Below are positions 36,175-45,115 of a DNA stretch of 64,000 nt, piece by piece. The translations under genes and the position numbers were made by a program. Within the stretch, counting starts at the first letter, position 1; each line of letters begins with the position of its first letter. Source of the stretch: Candidatus Moraniibacteriota bacterium (GTDB lineage: Bacteria > Patescibacteriota > Minisyncoccia > Moranbacterales > GCA-2747515); the NCBI GenBank assembly GCA_942490825.1, contig CALNYG010000004.1, forward strand, positions 52,888 through 116,887. Reading direction: 5' to 3'. The notes under the pieces were generated by a model. It did no database searches. It was not told the DNA's origin and worked only from the letters and a program-made list of their open reading frames with translations.

Positions 36175-37454
36175 CTTTGGGCAAAGCTAAGTATTGAAAT
36201 TTGTTAAATTCTATGCTTAAATATTAAGTTATTTTAATAATTTAATATTTTAAAAATGCAAAAAAAAGAGATTAAAAAAATATTCAATTTAGAAGGATAT
36301 ATTTTAGATAAATTTGAAGAAAAAAATGATAAAATAATTTTACATTGTCATTTACAAAAGAATTCATTTAAATTAAAAAATGAGGTAAGTAAAAAAATTA
36401 ATCAAAAAAGAAATAGAATAATTGCTCATTCTATGTTTGAAAATAAAAAAGTTTTTATAGCTATTACTCAAAGAAGATTTTATTTTTCTAAACATAAAAA
36501 GAAACTTTGGGAATCTTTACCTCAAGTTAAAAAAGGGCAACAAATGAGCACAGCTTTTAAAAAAACTCTGTCATAGAATTAAGAGAAACCACATATAGCG
36601 GACTAGCTAGATCTAGACAGATAAGCATTATGTCGGCTCTGAGAATGATTGATGAAATGGTAAATACTTCATTAATTTGGGATAAATCTATTCAAAGAAT
36701 TGGAATGGATGGCAAAGGAGTTAGCAAAAGAAAACAAGTTTTTAACATTACTAATTTAATTGATAATGAGGTGATAGGTGTTCTACCAAATTTATCACAA
36801 AAAGAATTGCTGAAAGAATTATTAAAAATTGATTTAAAATTTAGATTAGCAGTTAAAGAAGTATGTATTGATATGGACTCTTTTTTTCCAGCTATTATTA
36901 AAGAATGTTTTCCTAATGCGGTTATTGTGATTGATCATTTTCATGTAATTCAGTGGGCTGTCTTTTTATTAAAAGAACAAAAAGTTTTCCAAGATATCAA
37001 CAATGAATCTTATAAAATAAATCAATTACTGATGATACCTACACACAAATTAACAATTGAAGAATTTAATAAATTAGAAAAAGTTTTTGTTAAAGTTCCT
37101 AAGTTAAAACAAAGTTGGAAAATAATTCATCAACTCAGAAAAGTATATTGGAAAAATAACAGAAAAGAAGCTCAAAAACAATTAAAATATGTCATCAGTC
37201 TTTGTAAAACTTCAGAATCAAAATATATGAAAGATTTGGCTAATACATTAACAAGATGGTTTGATGAAATATTAAATTATTATTTATCTAAAACAACTAA
37301 TGCTTATACTGAAGGAATTCATAATCATTTTGAAAGAATTAAAAGGAATCATTTTGGGATTAGGAATGTTGAACGTTTTTGTAAAAGATTATTATTTTGT
37401 ATTCTTCCGATGACAATTTTCTTAAATTTAGTTGCCCAAAGATGTTAAAGAGCC
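36162..37454 (+). mobile_element. ISL3-family insertion sequence
   Basis: Perfect 23-bp terminal inverted repeats ggctctttaacatctttgggcaa. Flanking repeats are actaaaca and gctaaaca. Length 1293 bp. Confidence 0.85.
36256..37448 (+). CDS. ISL3-family transposase, read through a -1 shift at an A7 run
   Basis: ORF1 is 36256..36576 and ORF2 is open from 36561 in the -1 frame. The A7 run is at 36559-36565. DMDSFFPAIIKECFPNAVIVIDHFHV is an ISL3 DDE signature. Confidence 0.7.
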
Positions 37455-37516
37455 GCTAAACATTGGCTTATTTTCTATTTTTATTTTGGCAATATGGCGT
37501 CTCATACTTTTATATT

Positions 37517-37554
37517 TAAAAAAACAAAACCTCCAACAAAAAGTCAGAGGTTTT
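37517..37554 (-). terminator. intrinsic terminator after serS
   Basis: aaaacctc..gaggtttt followed by a T-run on the minus strand. Confidence 0.6.
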
Positions 37555-37564
37555 CAATAAAAAT

Positions 37565-38890
37565 CTATTTAATTTTCTCAATCACACTCTTATTATTCGG
37601 CATAAACGGTCGCAAAACCTCCGGCACAACCACACTACCATCCTCCTGCTGAAAGTTCTCCAGAATCGCAATAAAAATCCTTGGTGACGGCAACGCAGTA
37701 TTATTCAACATATAAACATACTTTTTCTTACCATCCTTATCTTTATATTTAACATTCAACCGACGAGACTGCCAATCAAGAAAATTACTCGCACTCCCCG
37801 TCTCACCCCAACGATCCAATCCAGGCAACCATGCTTCAGAATCAAACATTCGATATTTCCCCGCACTCATATCACCCGTACAAATTTCTAATTTACGATA
37901 AGGAATCCCTAAGTCCATATGCATCTCCTCAGAAACACCAATCATTTCTTCCTGCAACTTCTCCGTCGCCTCAACGTCCGCTGGAGCTAAAACAACCTGC
38001 TCAATTTTCATAAACTCATGCACTCGATACATTCCAACAGTATCTTTTCCATAACTACCAATCTCACTTCGATAACATTGACTGTAACCACACATCTTCA
38101 TCGGCAACTGACTCTCATCTAAAGTTTCACCAGAATAATATGCCAAAAGTGAAGGCTCAGCCGTTCCAACCAAAAATTTATTCTCCTTTTTAGCTTTACC
38201 ATCAGCCTCAACCTCATCATTAGCCACTCGATAAATTTCATCTTCTTCTGTAAATTCCGTACCTTTAAAATATCCGCTTCCAAACAAAGGAAATTCTTTA
38301 ATTAAAGTTGGTGGAATCATCGGAGAAAAACCTTTTGAAATCATTTTTTGCATACCGTACATCATAATTGCCATCGTCAAAGCCGCTCCGTCATTTTTCA
38401 AATAGTATCCACGAAAACCGGCAACCTTAACACCACGTTCAAAATCAATCAAATCTAAATCTTTTCCAATCTCAATGTGAGTTTTTGGCGTAAAATCAAA
38501 TTCCCGTTTTTCACCTTTTTCGTAAACCACTCGATTATCGTTTTCATTTTTTCCCACAGGAACATCTGACGCAGTAACTGTTGGCACTTTTACCATCAAT
38601 TCCTCAAACTTTTCTTTAATCTCTTTCAAAGCTGGCTCTTTCGCCTCAAATTTAGCTTTAATTTCTTTTCCTTCTGCGATAATCACTTGTCGTTCTTCAT
38701 TATTCTGAGCTGTTTTCATTTTTTGATTCAACTCATTTTTCGCCGCTTGCAACTCTTCCAATTCCTGCATTATTGCAACACGCTCTTTATCGATTTTTAA
38801 AAGTTCTTGAATATCAACTTTAATATTTTTATTTTCTGCAGCTTCCTGAATCGCCTCAGCATTTTCTCGTATAAATTTTATATCTAACAT
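37565..38890 (-). CDS. serS: serine--tRNA ligase
   Basis: N-terminal coiled coil and class II motifs (CYRSEIGSYGKDTVGMYRVHEF, TALPSPRIFIAILEN). Confidence 0.95.
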   Translation of the reverse strand: MLDIKFIRENAEAIQEAAENKNIKVDIQELLKIDKERVAIMQELEELQAAKNELNQKMKTAQNNEERQVIIAEGKEIKAKFEAKEPALKEIKEKFEELMVKVPTVTASDVPVGKNENDNRVVYEKGEKREFDFTPKTHIEIGKDLDLIDFERGVKVAGFRGYYLKNDGAALTMAIMMYGMQKMISKGFSPMIPPTLIKEFPLFGSGYFKGTEFTEEDEIYRVANDEVEADGKAKKENKFLVGTAEPSLLAYYSGETLDESQLPMKMCGYSQCYRSEIGSYGKDTVGMYRVHEFMKIEQVVLAPADVEATEKLQEEMIGVSEEMHMDLGIPYRKLEICTGDMSAGKYRMFDSEAWLPGLDRWGETGSASNFLDWQSRRLNVKYKDKDGKKKYVYMLNNTALPSPRIFIAILENFQQEDGSVVVPEVLRPFMPNNKSVIEKIK

Positions 38891-38988
38891 AGTTTTAAAG
38901 ATTTATTAATAATATTTAAGATTTGTGAAATAATTTTAAATTTCAAATTTTAATTGAATTTTCTAATTTTTAAGTTGATCTCTATTTA

Positions 38989-39056
38989 TGTCATTCCAGA
39001 AAATATAATTTGTTCAAGAACGAAGTGATTGAATACAAATTAATTTATCTGGAATC
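38989..39056. repeat. family A element, left-arm hairpin only (copy A6)
   Basis: gtcat-tccagaaaatataatttgt..acaaattaatttatctgga-atc matches the left arm of A7. No right end was found. Confidence 0.6.
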
Positions 39057-39240
39057 TTAAACTTTAAATTTTCTCAAATCTTCAAGTCCACAACAAACCA
39101 AAGATACCCGAAGATAAATTATTGCCGTAAATAAGTAAGGGTTTTTTGTTATTTTTTTGATAAGTTATTTTATTCATTTCTTTTAAAAAATTGAGTTTAT
39201 TTCATTTTTAATAGTATCAAATGTATTCTGCTTTGGCAAT

Positions 39241-39277
39241 AAAAAAACCTCAATCACAATAAAAAAGAGGTTTTTAA
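39241..39277 (-). terminator. intrinsic terminator after the lipoprotein locus
   Basis: aaaaacctc..gaggttttt. Confidence 0.55.
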
Positions 39278-39295
39278 AAATTGAATTGAATTGAA

Positions 39296-39425
39296 TTATT
39301 TTTCTATAACTATACTGTCTATAACTTTCATTAATTCAGGATCAATATTTCTCTTATCATCTAATTGCTTAATATTTATAGTATAATCAAACCTTGTAAC
39401 TCTGAACCTCATATACTTTGTTATA
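39296..39425 (-). pseudogene. relic duplicate of the pre-Cys-rich C-terminus of the 39447..40403 gene
   Basis: TKYMRFRVTRFDYTINIKQLDDKRNIDPELMKVIDSIVIEK* aligns with TRIYARKNGYDYEIIVQQLDDKGNIDLELMKVINSFEFIE of the upstream gene. Confidence 0.6.
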
Positions 39426-39446
39426 TGATTTATGACGCAGGATAAT

Positions 39447-40403
39447 TTACGGTTGTTTTTCACAAACTTTTTTACATTCATCAACGCTTTCAAAAGGGGG
39501 ATCATCACACCCCCACGAAATTGATTCACATTTATTTGTTTTTTTATTAAATTCTGCACCAAGATATACTCCGTCGCAATTATCTTCAGGATCTTGCTGA
39601 ATACTGCAAAGAGATGATAATTTATTTTTATCAACCACCTGCTTATCTTCAATAAATTCAAAACTATTTATAACTTTCATTAACTCTAGATCTATATTTC
39701 CTTTATCATCCAACTGCTGAACAATAATTTCATAATCATAACCATTTTTTCTAGCATAAATTCTAGTCACATCCCACCTAGGATATTCTGTATTTTCTAA
39801 AACTGGGATTATTTTACCTTTAATACCTCCAATTTCATAATCCCCCACCCCAAAATCTTTTCTAAAATCATCTGCATATGGAAAATCATTAGAACCAATT
39901 TTCTCAGTTTTAGTAACATCAATAAGAATATCTCCTCCCATAAAGCCATATCCTATTAAGATTCCCACCTCATCGGAATTTAGCTTTTTTTTACTTAAAA
40001 CAACTGCATTTTCATTAACTATCTCACCCCCATATTCACTAAATTTGCCTATATCTTCATAAATATACCAATCTTTAGGATACTTAAAACTATAGTTATA
40101 TTTTTCGTTTTTATAAATAGCTAAGTCGTTTTCTTTATTAAAATTATTATTTAAAGACTTATCCTCTACCTGATCTTTAACGACAGTATTTTTATTTTCC
40201 TCTTTAGTTGTTGCTTCTTCATTTTCGATAACAACTTCTCCTCCATTTTTATTTTCTTCAATTCCTTCTTTTATTAATTGCTTTAATTCTTGTTCATTTA
40301 AAACAATTTCTTCAGATTTTTGTCCACATCCCGTCAAAATAACTGCAAGTACAAATAAAATTAATATTTTTTTCATAATATTTTTTTTAATTTTTAAACT
40401 CAT
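39447..40403 (-). CDS. lipoprotein with C-terminal six-Cys Kunitz/BPTI-like module
   Basis: Lipobox LAVILTGCGQ. The C-terminus has Cys spacing C-x9-C-x15-C-x6-C-x10-C-x3-C, with FNKKTNKCESISWGCDDPPFESVDECKKVC. Confidence 0.7.
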   Translation of the reverse strand: MSLKIKKNIMKKILILFVLAVILTGCGQKSEEIVLNEQELKQLIKEGIEENKNGGEVVIENEEATTKEENKNTVVKDQVEDKSLNNNFNKENDLAIYKNEKYNYSFKYPKDWYIYEDIGKFSEYGGEIVNENAVVLSKKKLNSDEVGILIGYGFMGGDILIDVTKTEKIGSNDFPYADDFRKDFGVGDYEIGGIKGKIIPVLENTEYPRWDVTRIYARKNGYDYEIIVQQLDDKGNIDLELMKVINSFEFIEDKQVVDKNKLSSLCSIQQDPEDNCDGVYLGAEFNKKTNKCESISWGCDDPPFESVDECKKVCEKQP

Positions 40404-40450
40404 TTAAGCGTATCATAAAAATTATACTTAGTAAACATAATAATCCAAAA

Positions 40451-41903
40451 TGTCAACTACCAATAGAAATGTCATACCTTTGTTTTCTTTAGAAATGTCA
40501 TACCTTTAGAATTTAATTAATTTTTGAGCTTTTAATTTTTCTTTTTTAAATTGGTAGCTTCTCCAAGGATGATCTGCTGGTGGAGTGTAATCTGATTTTC
40601 TTTTAGTGATAGCTGGTAATTTTAGTTCATTTTCTTTTTTGGGTTTATGTGGTAATTCTTTAAAACTTAAATATTTATCTTTTTTAGAAATATGAATTGA
40701 ATCATCTAAATGTTCTTCTATAATTACTTCATCCTTTTTGTAAACTGTAGTTGGTTGTATTTCATTTAATTGAAAATATCTATTTTTATATTGAACTACA
40801 AAATCATTCCTTATTTTTCTAGTGCTTTTAATTGAGAAAATATTATTTAATTTATCTTTTTCTTGCTTAGTTAGTTTTCTGTGTAGGTCTCCTTTTTTCT
40901 TTGCGGGAACATTGAATTTTTTATTAAATTCTGGAGTAAATTTTTCTTTAATAAATTCATCGGCTTGTTCGATACTATTTTATTTTAGCTAGTCGCATTT
41001 CTTTGATCATTCTGTCTTGTAAAGTTTCGTTCATTCTTTCTACTCTTCCCTTGGCTTGAGGCGTATTAGCAAAAATTACTTGTATATCTAATTCTTTCAT
41101 AGCTCTTTGAAATTGTGTCTTGAATTCTTGATTGTCCGTTGCATTTTTGTGATTTACTTTGTAAGTACTGAATTTATCTAGATAAATAGCTAATGGTCTT
41201 CCTTTTTCTTGTACGTATTCTTTCCAAAAATTAAATACTGCTTGTATACCTTCATTTTTATCAAGTTCTGGAGTTATCTCGCTAGTAGCATCGTCTACTG
41301 CAAGTAACAGGCATTGCTCTTCTTCATTTTCAAGCCAATCATGATATGAACCATCGAATTGAACTAATTCTCCATAATGTTCTTTTCTTTCTCTTTGTGA
41401 GAAGTATTTTTTATTTTGTTTTCTTTTTTGACTGTACTTAAACCTTCGTTTATTCTAATTCTTCTCGTCGAAGTGTAACTTATTTTAATTTCATGAACTT
41501 CATTTAATTTTTCATAAGTTAATTGTGATGAAAAATCTGAATAGTTTTCTTTGATTGTTTTTATGATTTTCTTTTTTAATTTTTCATCTAATTTTCTATT
41601 ACTTTCTTTCCCCCTGCTTTTATGAATTATTCCTTGTATTCCTTTTCTGTTTACTTTAGCTTTTAACCTTTTAGTTTGTCTGACTGATAAATTTAATTGT
41701 CTAGATGCTTGTGTTCCGTTTATCTTATTGTTTATTAAATTATTTATGATTTCATACCTTTGAGATTCCTTATTTGTCATGATTATTGTATCTTGCATAG
41801 TTTTTCATGTTTTTTAAATGTTAACATGTAAAACTAACATAATTTTAATAGGTATGACATTTCTATTGGTAACCTGGTATGACATTATCATTGGTAAGTG
41901 ACA
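40451..41903 (-). mobile_element. IS1202-group (ISNCY-like) insertion sequence, decayed
   Basis: Terminal inverted repeats are tgtcaactaccaatagaaatgtcatacc and ggtatgacattatcattggtaagtgaca, with extra internal gaaatgtcatacc copies. A 15-bp direct repeat cataataatccaaaa lies at 40436-40450 and 41904-41918. Confidence 0.8.
40506..41798 (-). pseudogene. DDE (rve-type) transposase broken by at least two frameshifts
   Basis: The helix-turn-helix ORF is 41364..41798. The next frame gives QFDGSYHDW..LLLAVDDATS..GRVERMN. A third frame gives SIEQADEFIKEKF..LIKF*. Confidence 0.8.
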
Positions 41904-41977
41904 CATAATAATCCAAAACAAAAATCCAACCTGATCTCTCAGATTGGATTCAAAACTTTAAAACAAATTTCCAAAAA

Positions 41978-44155
41978 CTATTTCTTACCACCAATCACTC
42001 TAACCTTAATCACATCCCCCTCATTCAAATCCTCACTCTTTTTATCTTTCGCAACAAGCTCAATCTTCTTATCTTCAACTTTTCCAACTTCTTTCTTTGT
42101 AGTTTTTTTACTTTCATTTTTTCGTTTTTTACTCTCATCAGAAGATTTAACTGATTTTTTAGCAGTTTTTTTCTTCGCAGTTTTTCTAGCCTTTTTCCTC
42201 GGTTTTCTCTTTTTCTCAATCTTTTTCTTCTCAACTTTTTTAGTAACAATCTTAGCACCAATAAAAGTCAAAACTGCACCAATAATAATTAAAATAGTTA
42301 CCTTTTCATTTAAAACAACAAGTCCAATAATCATACCTAAAGTCGCTTGCAAATAAGCATAAACAGAAGCCACTAAAATTCCTTCTCGTTTTACAATAAA
42401 CTGAAAGAGAACAAAGAAAACCACCGTACTTATCAAACCTAACCAAATAATCGCTCCAATTTGTGCAAAACCAAGATTCACTCTTTCAACTCCCCGAAGC
42501 ATTGGAACAAATGAAATTACCATCGCCACAATTGAAGAATAAAAAACTAAAGAATATGGAGAAGCTAACTTTTTAGCCTGTTGCTTTCCAGCGAAAATTG
42601 TATATGAAACAAAAAATAGAGTTGAAACTATAACCATTGAATTACCAATAACAGTTCCTACTCCGCCCTTAGCAATCGGCTGGAATAAAATTAAAGCCAC
42701 GCCCACAAAACCAACGCCCAATCCGATCAATTGATTTTGAGTCAATTTATTTTTAATGAAAAATTTATTATACAAAGCCATGAATAACGGACCTGCTGCA
42801 TAAATTAAAATTGCCACTGAAGCTGTTGTATATCCTAAAGCGTAAAATAAAACTATTGGATTCATTACTGCCAAGAAAGATGGTAAAAAATTATTTTTAA
42901 GATCTTTCCAACTTAATTCATTTCGTTTCACTATTATCGGCAACATAAAAGCAAAAGCAATCACATATCTAAAGAATAATAAAGCCAATGGAGAAAGTCC
43001 TGTTTGCATAGCAATTTTACCCGCAGTTGGAATTGAACCTGCTGTTGCACCAGCAATAACCAACAGTAAAAAGACGCCCAACTTATTAATTCCGCCCTCA
43101 ACTCCTGTAGTTTTTACACTTAACTTATCACTTTTGCGTTTTGCACTTACAGTTTTAGTTTTTTTATTTTCATCCTCTCCTCTTGATTTACGTTTAATCT
43201 TCTCTGCAGTCATCTTTCCGCCAATTATCATCATAACTGCACCAACAATCACCAACCAAGGCAACACACCACCTAAAACAATACTAGCTATAACTACCCC
43301 ACAAATCGGCAATAGGTAATAATAAATAGAAAGAATAAACTTGTCCCTAATAAAAAATTGGTACATTAAATTAAATAAGAAGACACCCACAATACTCAAC
43401 CACATTACCATGCCCGCATGTTCAAACTTAATTTTTGAAACAAAATCAAGATCCTGAAACTCAACAAATAACATCGGAACAACTGAAATCAGCATCGCCA
43501 TCAATGAAGCATAAAAAACTATTGAAACTGGATTTACACTTTTTTTTGTATGTTTCTGTCGATTTAAAATATAGAATGCAGAAAAAGACGCTGAAATTAA
43601 AGCTAATAGATTTCCTTTGATAGCATTTAAAGTAAAATCAAAACCGATACCTATACGCGACTGAATAATCGGTTGAAGCACCACCAAACACAATCCTATA
43701 CCACCAAGCAATAATCCCATTTTCTGATCACAAACTAATCTACGATTATTAAAAATTTTAAGATATGAAATTAAAATTAAAGGAACTGCCGCACAAATCA
43801 CCGCCACCATCACAGCACTTGTATATTTTAAAGCAAGAAATAAAGTAAATAAATTAGCTACAATAAAAAAAGCGGGAAAAAAATTATCGTTGAAATCTCT
43901 TGATCCAACTCGACTTTTTTTACCAATAGCAATTGAGGCAGTTATTATATAAGTTATTAAAAATATAAAAAAAGTCAAAGTAAAAGGAGGAATTACTTCT
44001 AATGAAATTTTTGCAGAAGTTATGACTGACCCACCGACAAACATTACCAAGATCATAACTAAAAATAAATCCAAAGTGCCCAATTGTTGTTTTGTGGATC
44101 GTCGTTTTGAACGTTTATTAGTCTTTTTTCCACCTGCTCTTTTTGCTTTTGTCAT
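41978..44155 (-). CDS. tandem-fused double EamA/DMT transporter with Lys-rich C-terminal tail
   Basis: Two ~300-aa ten-TM units are joined by a KRKSRGEDENKKTKT linker. The last ~100 aa are a polybasic KKxKK tail. Confidence 0.7.
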   Translation of the reverse strand: MTKAKRAGGKKTNKRSKRRSTKQQLGTLDLFLVMILVMFVGGSVITSAKISLEVIPPFTLTFFIFLITYIITASIAIGKKSRVGSRDFNDNFFPAFFIVANLFTLFLALKYTSAVMVAVICAAVPLILISYLKIFNNRRLVCDQKMGLLLGGIGLCLVVLQPIIQSRIGIGFDFTLNAIKGNLLALISASFSAFYILNRQKHTKKSVNPVSIVFYASLMAMLISVVPMLFVEFQDLDFVSKIKFEHAGMVMWLSIVGVFLFNLMYQFFIRDKFILSIYYYLLPICGVVIASIVLGGVLPWLVIVGAVMMIIGGKMTAEKIKRKSRGEDENKKTKTVSAKRKSDKLSVKTTGVEGGINKLGVFLLLVIAGATAGSIPTAGKIAMQTGLSPLALLFFRYVIAFAFMLPIIVKRNELSWKDLKNNFLPSFLAVMNPIVLFYALGYTTASVAILIYAAGPLFMALYNKFFIKNKLTQNQLIGLGVGFVGVALILFQPIAKGGVGTVIGNSMVIVSTLFFVSYTIFAGKQQAKKLASPYSLVFYSSIVAMVISFVPMLRGVERVNLGFAQIGAIIWLGLISTVVFFVLFQFIVKREGILVASVYAYLQATLGMIIGLVVLNEKVTILIIIGAVLTFIGAKIVTKKVEKKKIEKKRKPRKKARKTAKKKTAKKSVKSSDESKKRKNESKKTTKKEVGKVEDKKIELVAKDKKSEDLNEGDVIKVRVIGGKK

Positions 44156-44313
44156 AAAGAAAATTATATTTAAAATTGATTCTTAAACGTAACATTTTCC
44201 AACATTTTTGTCAAAAAAAGTTTAAAGTTTGTGAATTACTCTAAATGAGGCAATGTGCAGTGAAAAATCTTTCAAAGATAATCGCAAACTTCCAAATTTT
44301 CAAAATACAAAAA

Positions 44314-44350
44314 GTGCCTGTCTGCCGATAGGCAGGCTCGGCGCACGGGC
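44314..44350 (-). repeat. GC-rich 17-mer variant split by a 19-20 nt hairpin insert
   Basis: gtgc-[ctgtctgccgataggcagg]-ctcggcgcacgggc, 53 nt downstream of the Y1 transposase stop. Confidence 0.7.
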
Positions 44351-44402
44351 TATGATACATAATTTTAAAAAAATTATTTCCAAATTTACCCAAAATAAAA
44401 TC

Positions 44403-45110
44403 CTATTCCAAAATAAATTTCTCCAATTCTTTCTTCTCCTTCAAATACAAGGCATTTTTTTCAATAAAATCTTTATAATCCTTTAGATCATAATCAAACT
44501 GCTCTAAAATAACATCTTTATCACATAACATTCCATTTCTTTTTCCAAGATAATCTAAAAGACTAGAATATTTCCAATCTTCATTTTTATTTCCATGAAT
44601 GAAATGATTTTGATTTACATAAGCAGATAGATACAAAAGATATTCATTTGAATCAATGTGAATTGACTTGAATTTTCCTTGAAAAAGTGAGCCTGAACGT
44701 TTGTGTTTTTTGTTAAAATACATCGTGTAAGAAGTTCCTAATTTCTGCATAAATCTTTCTACACCCTTATCTGCGTTTTGTTTCAAAATAAAATGATAAT
44801 GATTTGGATTTAAACAATATGCAACAAATTCAACAAGTTTATTCCTATTCTTAAGTTGTTCTTTGAAATTATTTTCAAACACTCCAAGGTTCGACCTTCG
44901 GGGATCCGAAGGTCGAACCTTTTCACGTTGATAATCTCTATAAAGTTGCATCAATCCATTGCTTTCATCATTCAACAAATTCATATTCAAGATAAATCTC
45001 TTATAATCATCCTCATCCATAAAAACGTTCTTTTTATCAACGCCTCGATTATAAATATGATAAAATTCATAGTTTGCGAATTGCGTTTTTCTCATAAAAA
45101 AATTAAACAA
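44403..45110 (-). CDS. Y1 HUH transposase (IS200-like / REP-associated RAYT-like)
   Basis: YHIYNRGVDKKNVF, the HUH motif NPNHYHFIL and the C-terminal Tyr region LSAYVNQNHF. Confidence 0.75.
   Translation of the reverse strand: MFNFFMRKTQFANYEFYHIYNRGVDKKNVFMDEDDYKRFILNMNLLNDESNGLMQLYRDYQREKVRPSDPRRSNLGVFENNFKEQLKNRNKLVEFVAYCLNPNHYHFILKQNADKGVERFMQKLGTSYTMYFNKKHKRSGSLFQGKFKSIHIDSNEYLLYLSAYVNQNHFIHGNKNEDWKYSSLLDYLGKRNGMLCDKDVILEQFDYDLKDYKDFIEKNALYLKEKKELEKFILE
44886..44921. repeat. family C 36-nt perfect palindrome inside the Y1 transposase gene
   Basis: aaggttcgaccttcgg-ggat-ccgaaggtcgaacctt, translated as KVRPSDPRRSNL. Confidence 0.9.
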
Positions 45111-45115
45111 TAATC

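Noticed and set aside
39296-39661. 121-aa ORF overlapping the 3' end of the lipoprotein gene
   Set aside because: Only its last ~40 codons are meaningful (the relic duplicate). The upstream part is an out-of-frame read of the Cys-rich module of 39447..40403.
41898-42356. 152-aa plus-strand ORF rich in F/L/S
   Set aside because: It is the antisense translation of the Lys-rich (AAA/AAG) tail of the EamA fusion. This is typical low-complexity shadow ORF composition.
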